This document shows, piece after piece, positions 55,944 through 64,000 of a DNA stretch of 64,000 nt. Under the pieces are notes generated by a model, which was given only the letters and a program-made list of their open reading frames with translations, searched no databases and had not been told where the DNA came from. The stretch is taken from positions 1,713,224 to 1,777,223 of the forward strand of contig CBDBNQ010000002.1 of the NCBI GenBank assembly GCA_965207835.1. The letters are read 5' to 3'. A program made the translations under genes and the position numbers. This DNA is from Nitrospirales bacterium. Lineage in GTDB: Bacteria; Nitrospirota; Nitrospiria; Nitrospirales; UBA8639. Position 1 is the stretch's first letter, and the number at the start of each line of letters is the position of its first letter.

Positions 55944-57152
55944 ATGGCAACGCAATCGTTAGTCGGGACCAAGAACAGAGCCGGTCAGGTGGTCGCCGAT
56001 CCCTGGAAGATGTTGCATGAAGCCGAGCGAACCCCCTGCTTTTTTACGGGCAGTGAAGTCATCAAGGAAGCGATCCGGCGGGCCAATTGCGACGTGATGA
56101 TTGCCTATCCGATTACCCCGCAGAGTGAAGCCGCGGCGTTGATCGGTGAATTGTTTGCCGAAGGGTTTATCGGCGACTACTTTCGCGGGGAAAGCGAGTT
56201 CGCGGTCATGTCCCAATGTGCCGGGGCGGCCTTCGGCGGCGCACGCGTGTTCACCACAACCGCGGGTCCGGGCACTATGCGTGCCATGGAGAACTTTCCG
56301 ATGTGGGCCGGGGCGCGGCTGCCCATTCAAATGATCGTGACCTGTCGAGGCATCAACTCGCCGCTCTCCATCCAGCCGGACACGTTGGAAATTTCGTATC
56401 TGTTGAACACCGGGATGCTGGTCTGGCACGCCGAGACGGCACAGGACTTTTATGACTGGATTTTGAAGGGGTACATGGTGTCGGAAGAACCTGACGTGCA
56501 TTTGCCGTTGGCGCTGTGTTGCGACGGGTTTTTCGTGACCCACACCAAAGACGTGGTCAACCTGACGCCCGCGGACGTGTGCTTACCGCCCTATGACCCG
56601 TACCGGTCGCCGGTCCCGTGTATGGACATGGAATGCCCGCCGGTCCGCATGATGCGTGACCCGTTCGTCATGAAGAGTAACTATATCAGTTATGCCACCC
56701 ATGCAAGCTGGCAACAGGAAGTCTGGGCGGCGGTGGAGCGGTCCCGGAAGCACACCATCCGGTGGTTGGACGGCTTGATTGAAGTGGACCGGCCCAATGC
56801 CGAGATTTTGATCGTCTCATCCGGCACCGCGGTGTCCCAGGGTCGTGAAGCCCAAGCCCTCCTGGAAGAGGACGGCATTGACGTGGGCATCGTCAAAATC
56901 AAATCCCTGCGACCGTGGCCGGGAGACGAAATTCGGGAAGCCACCAAAAATGCCAAGCACATCATCGTGCCGGAGTTCAATGTCACGGGTTGGCTCGCCA
57001 AAGAAATCCGTGCCACGATTTCGGATGCGGATCGCGTGTATGCCGGTCCTCACGTCTGCGGAGGCATGACCATGCCGCCTGAAGTCATCGTGGCCGACCT
57101 GAAAAAGCATTTAGGCGTTAAAGCCGAAAGTTTGGCCGGACGAGGGAGCTGA
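55944..57152 (+). CDS. 2-oxoacid:ferredoxin oxidoreductase alpha subunit
   Basis: 402 aa. IAYPITPQSE start region typical of the POR/KOR alpha subunit. AAAGGAGG RBS. Confidence 0.85.
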   Translation: MATQSLVGTKNRAGQVVADPWKMLHEAERTPCFFTGSEVIKEAIRRANCDVMIAYPITPQSEAAALIGELFAEGFIGDYFRGESEFAVMSQCAGAAFGGARVFTTTAGPGTMRAMENFPMWAGARLPIQMIVTCRGINSPLSIQPDTLEISYLLNTGMLVWHAETAQDFYDWILKGYMVSEEPDVHLPLALCCDGFFVTHTKDVVNLTPADVCLPPYDPYRSPVPCMDMECPPVRMMRDPFVMKSNYISYATHASWQQEVWAAVERSRKHTIRWLDGLIEVDRPNAEILIVSSGTAVSQGREAQALLEEDGIDVGIVKIKSLRPWPGDEIREATKNAKHIIVPEFNVTGWLAKEIRATISDADRVYAGPHVCGGMTMPPEVIVADLKKHLGVKAESLAGRGS

Positions 57153-57228
57153 CGCGGTGTTACTGCCGTCCAGTCCACCCGGCATGTGAATGACCATGAA
57201 ATTTCCGAATATGCGCTAGGAGGAGACC

Positions 57229-58149
57229 ATGAGCAAGGAACGTATTAAGATAGCTCCCGAAATGTTCGATATTATGCCCGAGGAGTACCAGGATCTGGTT
57301 GAACGCGCCACGTACGGGAAGGATGGTCGCGGGTGGAAGGATATCGGGACCTCGAAGGAATTGATTGAAGAGCATTCGTTGTGTGCCGGGTGTCCGGAGT
57401 CCATGGCGTTCCGGTATATCCTGGCGTCATTGCCGGCCCCCGAGGATACCGTGATGGTGGGATCCACCGGCTGCACCAGCCTGGTCTTCCCCCATGTGGG
57501 CGTCCACAATATTCATTCCCTCTTCGGCAACCAGAACGCCATTGCCTCCGGGCTCAAACGCGCGCTCAGCGTGCGGTTCCCCGGCCGAGTCAAGGACGTG
57601 GTGGTGTTGGCGGGTGACGGGGCCACGGTGGATATCGGTCTCGATATGACGCTGCAAGCCTGGTTCCGGCAGGAAAAATTCACGACCATTTGTTTCGACA
57701 ACGAGCTCTACGCCAACACGGGCGGCCAGGAGAGCGGACTGATGCAAAAAGGGTTCGTGGCCAAGATGGCGCCCGTGGGCAAGACCTTTGAAAAGGTGAA
57801 ATTGCCGGAAATCGCGCGTGAGTCCGGATGTCACTACGTGGTGAATTGTACGGTCAGCAAACCAAACCTGGTGGAAAAAGTCATCAAGAATGCGATCCAC
57901 GTGGCCCGCGAGATCGGACCCACGTATTTGCAGCTCTACACCCCGTGCATCCTGGAAATCGGGAAGAACAGCATGGAAGGCTTGCAGGAAATGCGGGACT
58001 CCGAGAAGCCGACCGAACGGTTTGCATATAAAGAATACGTCAGCGATGAAGCCAAGGAATTGTTGACCGAACTGGCGGCGAAGGAAAAAGAGCGAAAGGC
58101 CGCCGCGAAAAAGCAATTGGCTGAAAAGCAACTGGCGGGCAAGGCCTGA
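57229..58149 (+). CDS. 2-oxoacid:ferredoxin oxidoreductase beta subunit (TPP-binding)
   Basis: CAGCPES cysteine motif and GDGATVDIG TPP motif. Confidence 0.85.
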   Translation: MSKERIKIAPEMFDIMPEEYQDLVERATYGKDGRGWKDIGTSKELIEEHSLCAGCPESMAFRYILASLPAPEDTVMVGSTGCTSLVFPHVGVHNIHSLFGNQNAIASGLKRALSVRFPGRVKDVVVLAGDGATVDIGLDMTLQAWFRQEKFTTICFDNELYANTGGQESGLMQKGFVAKMAPVGKTFEKVKLPEIARESGCHYVVNCTVSKPNLVEKVIKNAIHVAREIGPTYLQLYTPCILEIGKNSMEGLQEMRDSEKPTERFAYKEYVSDEAKELLTELAAKEKERKAAAKKQLAEKQLAGKA

Positions 58150-58177
58150 GCCTTTCCGGCGGAAGGGGGACATCGTC

Positions 58178-58873
58178 ATGATCAAGCGGAGACTGAATAT
58201 TCGCATGTCGGGGCTTGGAGGTCAGGGTGCCGTGACGGCTGCGCACGTGTTGGCCATGGCGGCCTCCCGTGATGGCAAATTTGCAATCTCGAATCCCTTT
58301 TTCGGTGCGGAAAAGCGGATGGCACCGGCTGAGAGTTATTGCCGGATCGGCGTGAGCCGGATCTACGACCGGGGGGAGTTGGTGTTCCCCGACGTGATCG
58401 AAGTGTTTCACCCGCAGGTCGTGACGATGGGCAAGAGTTACACCATGCCGTTTTACTCTGGCATCAAGGAAAACGGCGTTGTCATCATCAATTCCGACAT
58501 GCCGCTGTTGTCGGATGAGGACGTGAAGCGGTTGAAGGATCTGGACGTGGCGGTGTTTTATATCAAGGGCACCCAGGTTGCGTTGGAAGTGGCGGGTACG
58601 GAGCTTTCCACGAACATGACCATGATCGGATCGGTTGCCGGCATTACCAAGTGCGTTTCCCTTGAGGCGCTGGACGGTGCGTTGCAGGAGCGGTTCGGAA
58701 AGAAATTCGTGGCGTCCGGCGGTACGGCTACCTTGGATGAAGCCATCAAGAAGAAATTCGCCAAAAAAGAGATGCTGTTGAAGAAAAACCTTGAGACAGT
58801 CGTTCGGGCATACGAAATGGCGTCGGAATGGGCGGAAAAGAACAATATCGAACTGGCCGTTGCTGCGGCATAA
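58178..58873 (+). CDS. 2-oxoacid:ferredoxin oxidoreductase gamma subunit
   Basis: IRMSGLGGQGAVTAAHVLA, typical of the gamma-subunit N-terminus. Confidence 0.8.
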   Translation: MIKRRLNIRMSGLGGQGAVTAAHVLAMAASRDGKFAISNPFFGAEKRMAPAESYCRIGVSRIYDRGELVFPDVIEVFHPQVVTMGKSYTMPFYSGIKENGVVIINSDMPLLSDEDVKRLKDLDVAVFYIKGTQVALEVAGTELSTNMTMIGSVAGITKCVSLEALDGALQERFGKKFVASGGTATLDEAIKKKFAKKEMLLKKNLETVVRAYEMASEWAEKNNIELAVAAA

Positions 58874-58894
58874 ATGGGATAAACAGGAGTCTGC

Positions 58895-59173
58895 ATGTAT
58901 AATGTAGCGCAAGTGACGGATGAAAAATGTGTCGCGAAAAAGGGCTGTCGGTTGTGCATCATGTACTGCCCCGAGGCCAACTGCCTGGATCTGAACGTCG
59001 AGAAAATGGTGGCGGAAGTCATCATCAATCGCTGCAAGGGGTGTGAATTGTGTAAGGTCGTTTGCGACGCGGCCAAGCATGACGCCATCGACATGGTGGC
59101 GGTGAGTGCCAATGGCCAGTTGATGGAGAAGGCCGGCGAATCCGCCGGTTTGGGGCAGGCCTATCAGGGGTAA
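58895..59173 (+). CDS. 2x[4Fe-4S] ferredoxin-like subunit of the OFOR
   Basis: 92 aa with CVAKKGCRLCIMYCP and CKGCELCKVVC cluster motifs. Confidence 0.8.
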   Translation: MYNVAQVTDEKCVAKKGCRLCIMYCPEANCLDLNVEKMVAEVIINRCKGCELCKVVCDAAKHDAIDMVAVSANGQLMEKAGESAGLGQAYQG

Positions 59174-59199
59174 TTTCGTCCACCAGGTATCGGTATAGG

Positions 59200-59242
59200 G
59201 CCCTGCGGCAGACGCCTTGATTGTCGCGGGGCTTTGTTTTTT
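59200..59242 (+). terminator. Candidate terminator after the OFOR cluster
   Basis: GCCCTGCG / CGCGGGGC stem (one G:U pair, 17-nt loop) followed by TTTGTTTTTT. Confidence 0.45.
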
Positions 59243-59289
59243 CTTGAGAGAGACCCCTGTGCGATTCGCATGAAACAGAGGGTGCGGAC

Positions 59290-59553
59290 ATGAGCGATGA
59301 CCTCAGAGAACTCATGGGTGAGATCACTCAGAGCATGACCAATTTCCACGACCGGTTGGAGAGCCGGGCTCAGGAAATGGAACTCATGGGTGGGGACCCC
59401 GATGTCGTTAAAAAACTGGCCATCGGTGCCGATGCCATGAAAGACAGCGCCAACATCTATTTATCATGGGCGAGGCATTACGTGGCCTTATCCGAAGGCG
59501 GCGCTGCCGAAGCCGAAGAAGGCGAAGAAGATTCCGACGACTTTCAGTTTTGA
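59290..59553 (+). CDS. Hypothetical small acidic protein
   Basis: 87-aa ORF with an acidic C-terminus. No recognised motifs. Confidence 0.45.
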   Translation: MSDDLRELMGEITQSMTNFHDRLESRAQEMELMGGDPDVVKKLAIGADAMKDSANIYLSWARHYVALSEGGAAEAEEGEEDSDDFQF

Positions 59554-59710
59554 GGTTTCCCAATAACCCAGAAAGCCAAGTTTGAGATTTGCTTCAGCCG
59601 GTTCCCGTTATTGCTCAACCCATCTCTCCCGTATATGATGGCAAGTGTTGCCAGTAGAATAGTCACCGACAACAGACAAATTGCTAGAGCCATCAGCCTA
59701 ATATAGACGT

Positions 59711-59786
59711 TCCTCGGTAGCTCAGTTGGTAGAGCGGTCGGCTGTTAACCGATTGGTCGCAGGTTCGAGTCCTGCCCGGGGAGCCA
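59711..59786 (+). tRNA. tRNA-Asn (anticodon GTT)
   Basis: 76-nt cloverleaf folded by hand, with anticodon loop CTGTTAA and an encoded CCA. Confidence 0.92.
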
Positions 59787-59823
59787 CATATAGAGTCCTG
59801 CGTATTCCGCAGGATTCTCGATT

Positions 59824-59859
59824 AAGCCCCATAACTCATCGAAGTTATGGGGCTTTTTT
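59824..59859 (+). terminator. Rho-independent terminator after tRNA-Asn
   Basis: AAGCCCCATAACT / AGTTATGGGGCTT stem followed by a T-run. Confidence 0.7.
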
Positions 59860-60145
59860 GTGCATTGCCGCCTGTTAATAGCAAATAGAAATGTCCGGTT
59901 CTGCAGCAAATGAACTGTCCGCTTGTGAGCCTTGCACCGGGAGATAACAGAACCCCCTCTTCTCTGTGAGCACCTCCCGGATCCCCCGAAAACTACTCCA
60001 GGTTTCTTCTTCTCCACAAAAGAGCTGGACCTGCCCCCAAAAACTAGGCCACTGGTTCTGCGAAATTAGAGACTTTATCGAGGATGGTGGGCAGGAGCGT
60101 GTCGAGTTCGAGGGTGGTTTGCAAGGCGAATCATCGGCCAGTTGC

Positions 60146-60397
60146 TCATGATTTCCCTCCGAATAATCGTTCCACCACTTCATCTCGGTTCACGCCAAAG
60201 TGACTGGCCACGTCAGTAAGGATGGAACGGAGTGTCCCGACGCGTAACGGATTATACCGAGGAATGGTGAGATGGTGCTCGTCCTGTTGGCGCGTCGTGA
60301 GGCGAAGATGGCTTCCTGTTTGTCTGGTGACTTGATACCCCAGGGCTTTCAGTGCTGCGACAAGCTCGTCAGCCGAGAGGTCCCGGGGCAGCCTCAT
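60146..60397 (-). CDS. hicA: HicA-family mRNA interferase toxin
   Basis: 83 aa. LVAALKALGYQVTRQTGSHLRLT...HHLTIP pattern. Confidence 0.8.
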   Translation of the reverse strand: MRLPRDLSADELVAALKALGYQVTRQTGSHLRLTTRQQDEHHLTIPRYNPLRVGTLRSILTDVASHFGVNRDEVVERLFGGKS

Positions 60398-60600
60398 ACG
60401 GCGATAACTTCTTCTTTGACGTGGTGGAGCCGGAGGATCTTCGGCTGTTGTCCCTCTTCAAAGTGACACCGAACCGCATCGCGGACGTTGGCATGGAGTT
60501 CGTTGAGCGAGTCGGCCTCCGTAAAAATGGATTCGCCGAGGGCGCGGGCCATATAGCCTCCTTCAGCGGCTTCTTCAATGATAAAAATAATTTCGTTCAT
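60394..60600 (-). CDS. hicB: HicB-like antitoxin (short form)
   Basis: 68 aa from MNEIIFIIEEAAEGGYMARALGESIFTEADSLNEL. 4-nt overlap with hicA. Confidence 0.65.
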   Translation of the reverse strand: MNEIIFIIEEAAEGGYMARALGESIFTEADSLNELHANVRDAVRCHFEEGQQPKILRLHHVKEEVIAV

Positions 60601-60843
60601 GGTTGGGCCTCCGCATGGTTTGGATTTCTTATCTACTGTCCATGATCCTTGCTTGTTTGGCAAGGCCGTTTAAAATCGTGGGGAAACACGTGAGGCTCGC
60701 ACCATGAGTAAATTGACGCCGAAGGCCTTCATGCGCCAAGCTCACGAGACCAGAAAATTCGCATAGAAGCTGGACCAACTTCGGGAGCAGGTCCACTCCC
60801 TGATCAGCTTGGAAATCGTCGTGTCGGTGTTTAACAGGGAGGA

Positions 60844-60931
60844 TGGTGCCGAAGGCGGGATTTGAACCCGCACACCCCCATGGGGCGCTAGACCCTGAAT
60901 CTAGTGCGTCTGCCAGTTTCGCCACTTCGGC
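60844..60931 (-). tRNA. tRNA-Leu (anticodon CAG)
   Basis: 88-nt class II tRNA with a long variable arm, anticodon loop TTCAGGG and an encoded CCA. Confidence 0.9.
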
Positions 60932-61114
60932 ATTGAACTTGTCCTGAACGGAGTGAAGGAATCGTGATTATCAGCTTTTGCCCGGATGGGCGTCAAGCCG
61001 CGCAACCTTGCCGTCTGTAGCGGGAATCCATTTCATTGATGGGCAGACTTTCCATAATTGTAGCCATTCTTAATCAGGGGATCGGGGACGACAGGAGGAA
61101 ATTCTGTGGCGGCC

Positions 61115-62593
61115 TCATGGCGCCGAAGTCGTATGGGAGGATTCGGAAAGTTCAGGAGATTGTTGGAGCCAAAGGCGGTGCTGGCCTTGGAGGTCCTCGG
61201 TGTCGCCGGCAAGGATGATCTGTTCTCGAATGAGTCCGGCGACGCCGAGTAAAAACGGGGCTGGAATCTGCGGGGCATTTTCTGCGATCAACACGTCGAA
61301 GCGTATGCGTTTGAACAAGGGATCGGTCACGATTCTCCCCGGGGTCGAGACAACCAACCGTTTGTTCTGCATGAAGGCCTGCCGGTTGGTGGCCTCGCTG
61401 GCGGCCAGCAGCTCACGAACTTTCTGGGTACCCCCAAGCTTGGAAATGTCGTCTTTCAACGCTTCGTATTCCGGCCGCATCTCTTTCGGCATCGCGGCCT
61501 CGGGAGACAATTCGCGGATCCGGGCTTGTGCGATCTCCACCTCTTTCATCAGGGCCGCGATGTTGCCGGTATAGAGTTTCCGATATTCGCTCAGGGTTTC
61601 CACGTTCTTGCCCATGGTCTGCATGCCGAGCCGTTTCCAGATGGGCAGGCTTTCGTACTTGGCGAGCAGGTGGTCGATCTCTTTGATTTTCCGCTGAAAC
61701 TCACTCACCTGAGCCATGAGCCGCCATTCCAGTAATTTGACTTCATCCATGTCCCGTCGTTTCTGCCCTTTGTAGGCCAGGACCGGGATGAGTTCGCGAA
61801 AGCGCTCATATTTCTGGCGAAGGGTATCCTTGTGCGACCGGGATTTGGCGAAAAATTTGTGCATTTGGACTTCGAATCCCAATTGGCCGAGTGAAATGCC
61901 TTCGGCTTGCTGGAGCATCGCAATTTCGTAACGGCTCAACAGACTGGCAAAAGGCAGGGCGGCGTTCCGCAGGGTTTTGGCCAGGAAGCCGAGTAAGCGG
62001 TCCACGGCGTCGTGTGTAGGCGCCACCAGCAGCACGCGTTTATTGTGTCGCATCAGGTTCACTGCCAGCGTACCGAGTTTGGTCCAACGCGCGGTTTGGT
62101 CATCATGCCAGACGGTAGTCAGGATGGCTGCCGATGCCCCGGTCCTCGCCGAGGCATTGGCTTCGTTCTGTTCCGGGTCCAGCCAGGGTGCCAGCCGCTC
62201 GGCGGGTCCCAGGGCGTAGGATTCGGGGTGCGCCGCCATGTCGGCCAGTCGCTCGGAGGCCAAGCGAAAGAATTCCGTGGTATCCGGCACGAGCGTATTG
62301 TCGAGTGTGGATTGCCCCAATGTCTCCTGGGTCTGGACCAGGGCAGTGTCGCCCTGTCGCCGCAGCAGGAAGCCGCCGGTAGGTTCCAGGTCTCCAGGCG
62401 GCACGATGGTGACGGGTACGTCTTCCAGAAACGTCGTGCCCGCGGGGACATCCATGGCATACAGGTGCAGGGTGCCGGCTGTCCCGAGATCCTGGGTCGC
62501 GCGGGATTCGATCAACGTGTCGGATGCCACCGCGGCGTCTTTGTGGTCCGCCAACCGGGCGGCAAATGCGTTGAGGAGGTCGGGCAGTTTCAT
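61115..62593 (-). CDS. Degenerate SF1 (Upf1/AAA_11-like) helicase-related protein lacking catalytic motifs
   Basis: RVLLVAPTHDAVDRLL resembles motif Ia. FDVLIAENAPQ replaces the DEAxQ motif II, and ILAGDTEDLQ resembles motif III. The P-loop position reads WHDDQTARWT. A long coiled-coil insert is present and there is no second RecA domain. Confidence 0.6.
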   Translation of the reverse strand: MKLPDLLNAFAARLADHKDAAVASDTLIESRATQDLGTAGTLHLYAMDVPAGTTFLEDVPVTIVPPGDLEPTGGFLLRRQGDTALVQTQETLGQSTLDNTLVPDTTEFFRLASERLADMAAHPESYALGPAERLAPWLDPEQNEANASARTGASAAILTTVWHDDQTARWTKLGTLAVNLMRHNKRVLLVAPTHDAVDRLLGFLAKTLRNAALPFASLLSRYEIAMLQQAEGISLGQLGFEVQMHKFFAKSRSHKDTLRQKYERFRELIPVLAYKGQKRRDMDEVKLLEWRLMAQVSEFQRKIKEIDHLLAKYESLPIWKRLGMQTMGKNVETLSEYRKLYTGNIAALMKEVEIAQARIRELSPEAAMPKEMRPEYEALKDDISKLGGTQKVRELLAASEATNRQAFMQNKRLVVSTPGRIVTDPLFKRIRFDVLIAENAPQIPAPFLLGVAGLIREQIILAGDTEDLQGQHRLWLQQSPELSESSHTTSAP

Positions 62594-63081
62594 GGTTCGC
62601 GGCTGGGATCGAGCGACTGCTGAATACAAATGGCGACGCAGCCCAGTCCACCCGTGATTGGGTTGCGATCAAAAGCGCACCCTCGATTCTTGGCACAGGC
62701 CGTGACAAACGGAACGTGCTGCGCGAAATCGAGGTCGTCGAGCACGTGGGCTTGCAGGCGGCCATCGTCCAGTACCGACAGGATGAGCGCACGGTTGTGA
62801 TTATCATCTTCCAATACAGCGGATTTCGGCGACGGCGCGATCTTGGCGCGGGCCGCTTGAACGTGCGGCAACTCTACGACTGCCTTGACCAGATGCTCCG
62901 GCGGATGAATCGTCCTTTGACTCAGCCGGACGTTTAACGACGTCAGGTCGAGGACGTCCCGGTTAGTGGCCTGAGCCAAGGCGACGTTTGCGGCCCGTTG
63001 CGCGACAAACGCATGAGACATGACCAAGACTAGGGCCAGACAGCCGATACTCAGGTACCACAAAACCGCGTGACGCAGCAT
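62590..63081 (-). CDS. Hypothetical exported or membrane-anchored protein
   Basis: 163 aa from MLRHAVLWYLSIGCLALVLVMSHAFVAQ, with four Cys near the C-terminus. ATGA overlap with the helicase-like gene. The longer track ORF is antisense to rplI and was rejected. Confidence 0.5.
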   Translation of the reverse strand: MLRHAVLWYLSIGCLALVLVMSHAFVAQRAANVALAQATNRDVLDLTSLNVRLSQRTIHPPEHLVKAVVELPHVQAARAKIAPSPKSAVLEDDNHNRALILSVLDDGRLQAHVLDDLDFAQHVPFVTACAKNRGCAFDRNPITGGLGCVAICIQQSLDPSREP

Positions 63082-63237
63082 GAAGGCATTGTAGTGGACC
63101 CTTGCAGGACGTGTCCAGCGTGATGGAGCCGGGATGGTGTAACGACCGGTGTACCAGGCACTGGCTTCAAATTGACATTTTCCCCATACGGACCTTATGA
63201 TGCTATCCTTTGACGGAGAAGAGGAGGCAGAGTGACG

Positions 63238-63774
63238 ATGAAGGTGATTCTTCAAGAAAATATCGACAGTTTGGGGTACGTGGGAGACGTACTCGACGTG
63301 GCCAACGGCTATGCACGGAACTACTTGCTCCCGCGTCAAAAAGCCTTGGAGGCCAACCCCCGTAACGTGAAGGCCCTGGAACATGCCAAGCGAGTGACGG
63401 CCCATAAGGCAAGGAAAGTCGAACACGGTATCCAGGAACTTGCGACGAAACTGTCTGGCGTCTCGCTTACGTTTCCGGTCCAGACCGGCAAGGATGACAA
63501 GCTGTTCGGGTCCATCACCACGAAGGACTTGGAAGCCGGGTTGTCTGCCGAAGGCTTCGACGTGGACCGTCGAAAGATTCAATTGGCAAATCCCCTGAAA
63601 GAGTTGGGCACGTTTACCATCGGCATCAAGTTGCACCGGGACATCACTGCGAATGTGTCCGTGAGTCTTGTGAAACAGGGTGGAGAGGCTCAGGCTGAGA
63701 CCCTAAGCGATGAAGCCGCGGATGCGACCGACGCCGTTGCTCCGGCGGAAGCACCTGAGCCGCAGGACGAGTGA
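63238..63774 (+). CDS. rplI: 50S ribosomal protein L9
   Basis: [33 protein letters not shown], with an acidic C-terminal extension. Confidence 0.92.
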   Translation: MKVILQENIDSLGYVGDVLDVANGYARNYLLPRQKALEANPRNVKALEHAKRVTAHKARKVEHGIQELATKLSGVSLTFPVQTGKDDKLFGSITTKDLEAGLSAEGFDVDRRKIQLANPLKELGTFTIGIKLHRDITANVSVSLVKQGGEAQAETLSDEAADATDAVAPAEAPEPQDE

Positions 63775-64000
63775 TGGCCTACGTTGTCGGGACCCTGAAA
63801 GCCGTTCAACAAGAAGATCCCGAGGTCTACGCGGCTTTTCGCGCCGAAGAAAAGCGACAGCGCGATAAGTTGGTGCTGATTGCCTCGGAAAATTATGCGA
63901 GTCCTGCGGTCCTGGCCGCGCAAGGGTCGCTGATGACCAACAAGTACGCGGAAGGCTATCCTCGGCGGCGCTATTACGGCGGCTGCCAGTTTGTGGATGA
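63774..64000 (+). CDS. glyA: Serine hydroxymethyltransferase, 5-prime partial (runs off the window)
   Basis: Read directly from the sequence: ...[61 protein letters not shown] overlap with rplI. Confidence 0.9.
   Translation, partial: MAYVVGTLKAVQQEDPEVYAAFRAEEKRQRDKLVLIASENYASPAVLAAQGSLMTNKYAEGYPRRRYYGGCQFVD

Noticed and set aside
59792-59800. GAGTCCTGC repeat of the tRNA-Asn T-arm as an att site.
   Set aside because: Only 9 bp, immediately adjacent to the tRNA. Too short to distinguish from chance.
60629-60925. 98-aa ORF (-).
   Set aside because: It overlaps tRNA-Leu(CAG) almost completely, and the tRNA cloverleaf is far better supported.
1-64000. CRISPR arrays, rRNA genes, prophage structural genes, integrases.
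   Set aside because: I found no regularly spaced 25-40-bp repeats with unique spacers. I also recognised no rRNA-like segments and no tyrosine or serine recombinase motifs in any ORF.

Overview
64-kb chromosomal window from a moderately GC-rich bacterium. By inference only, it looks like a Nitrospirota (Nitrospira/Leptospirillum-like) autotroph. This rests on a five-gene 2-oxoacid:ferredoxin oxidoreductase cluster plus malate dehydrogenase (reverse-TCA context) and on intergenic regions packed with mosaic palindromic repeats.

Housekeeping genes: mdh, purE, queD, folE, rarA, gltX, glnS, metF, der, metK, ahcY, rplI, glyA (partial), and tRNA-Ala, -Gln, -Asn and -Leu.

The core is interrupted repeatedly by small selfish or defence modules:
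- vapBC, then an hsdR with no hsdM/hsdS in the window, followed by a DUF45 peptidase.
- A small toxin-like ORF with DUF2283 partners.
- An IS481-family element with a 6-bp target-site duplication.
- A DUF4411 + XRE/ImmA cassette bracketed by two diverged copies of the purE 3-prime end.
- A doubly frameshifted type II R-M pair bracketed by 294-bp direct repeats that duplicate the glnS 3-prime end.
- A higBA cassette bracketed by direct repeats, with an in-frame stop in the toxin.
- An IS1595-family element (24-bp terminal inverted repeats, 8-bp target-site duplication) carrying a complete type II R-M system as cargo.
- hicAB between two tRNA genes.

Poorly understood items worth follow-up:
- An operon encoding a USP/PCP_red/rubredoxin-like protein, a radical-SAM/SPASM/PCP_red protein and a CopD-like membrane protein.
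- A helically phased array of ten ATAGCA motifs.
- A 1016-aa NorD-like vWA protein with an HExxH motif, abutting an HTH gene.
- A degenerate SF1-helicase-like protein coupled to an exported protein.
- A secreted protein built from three near-identical 303-bp repeats.

All family assignments come from reading motifs in the supplied translations. No database search was possible.
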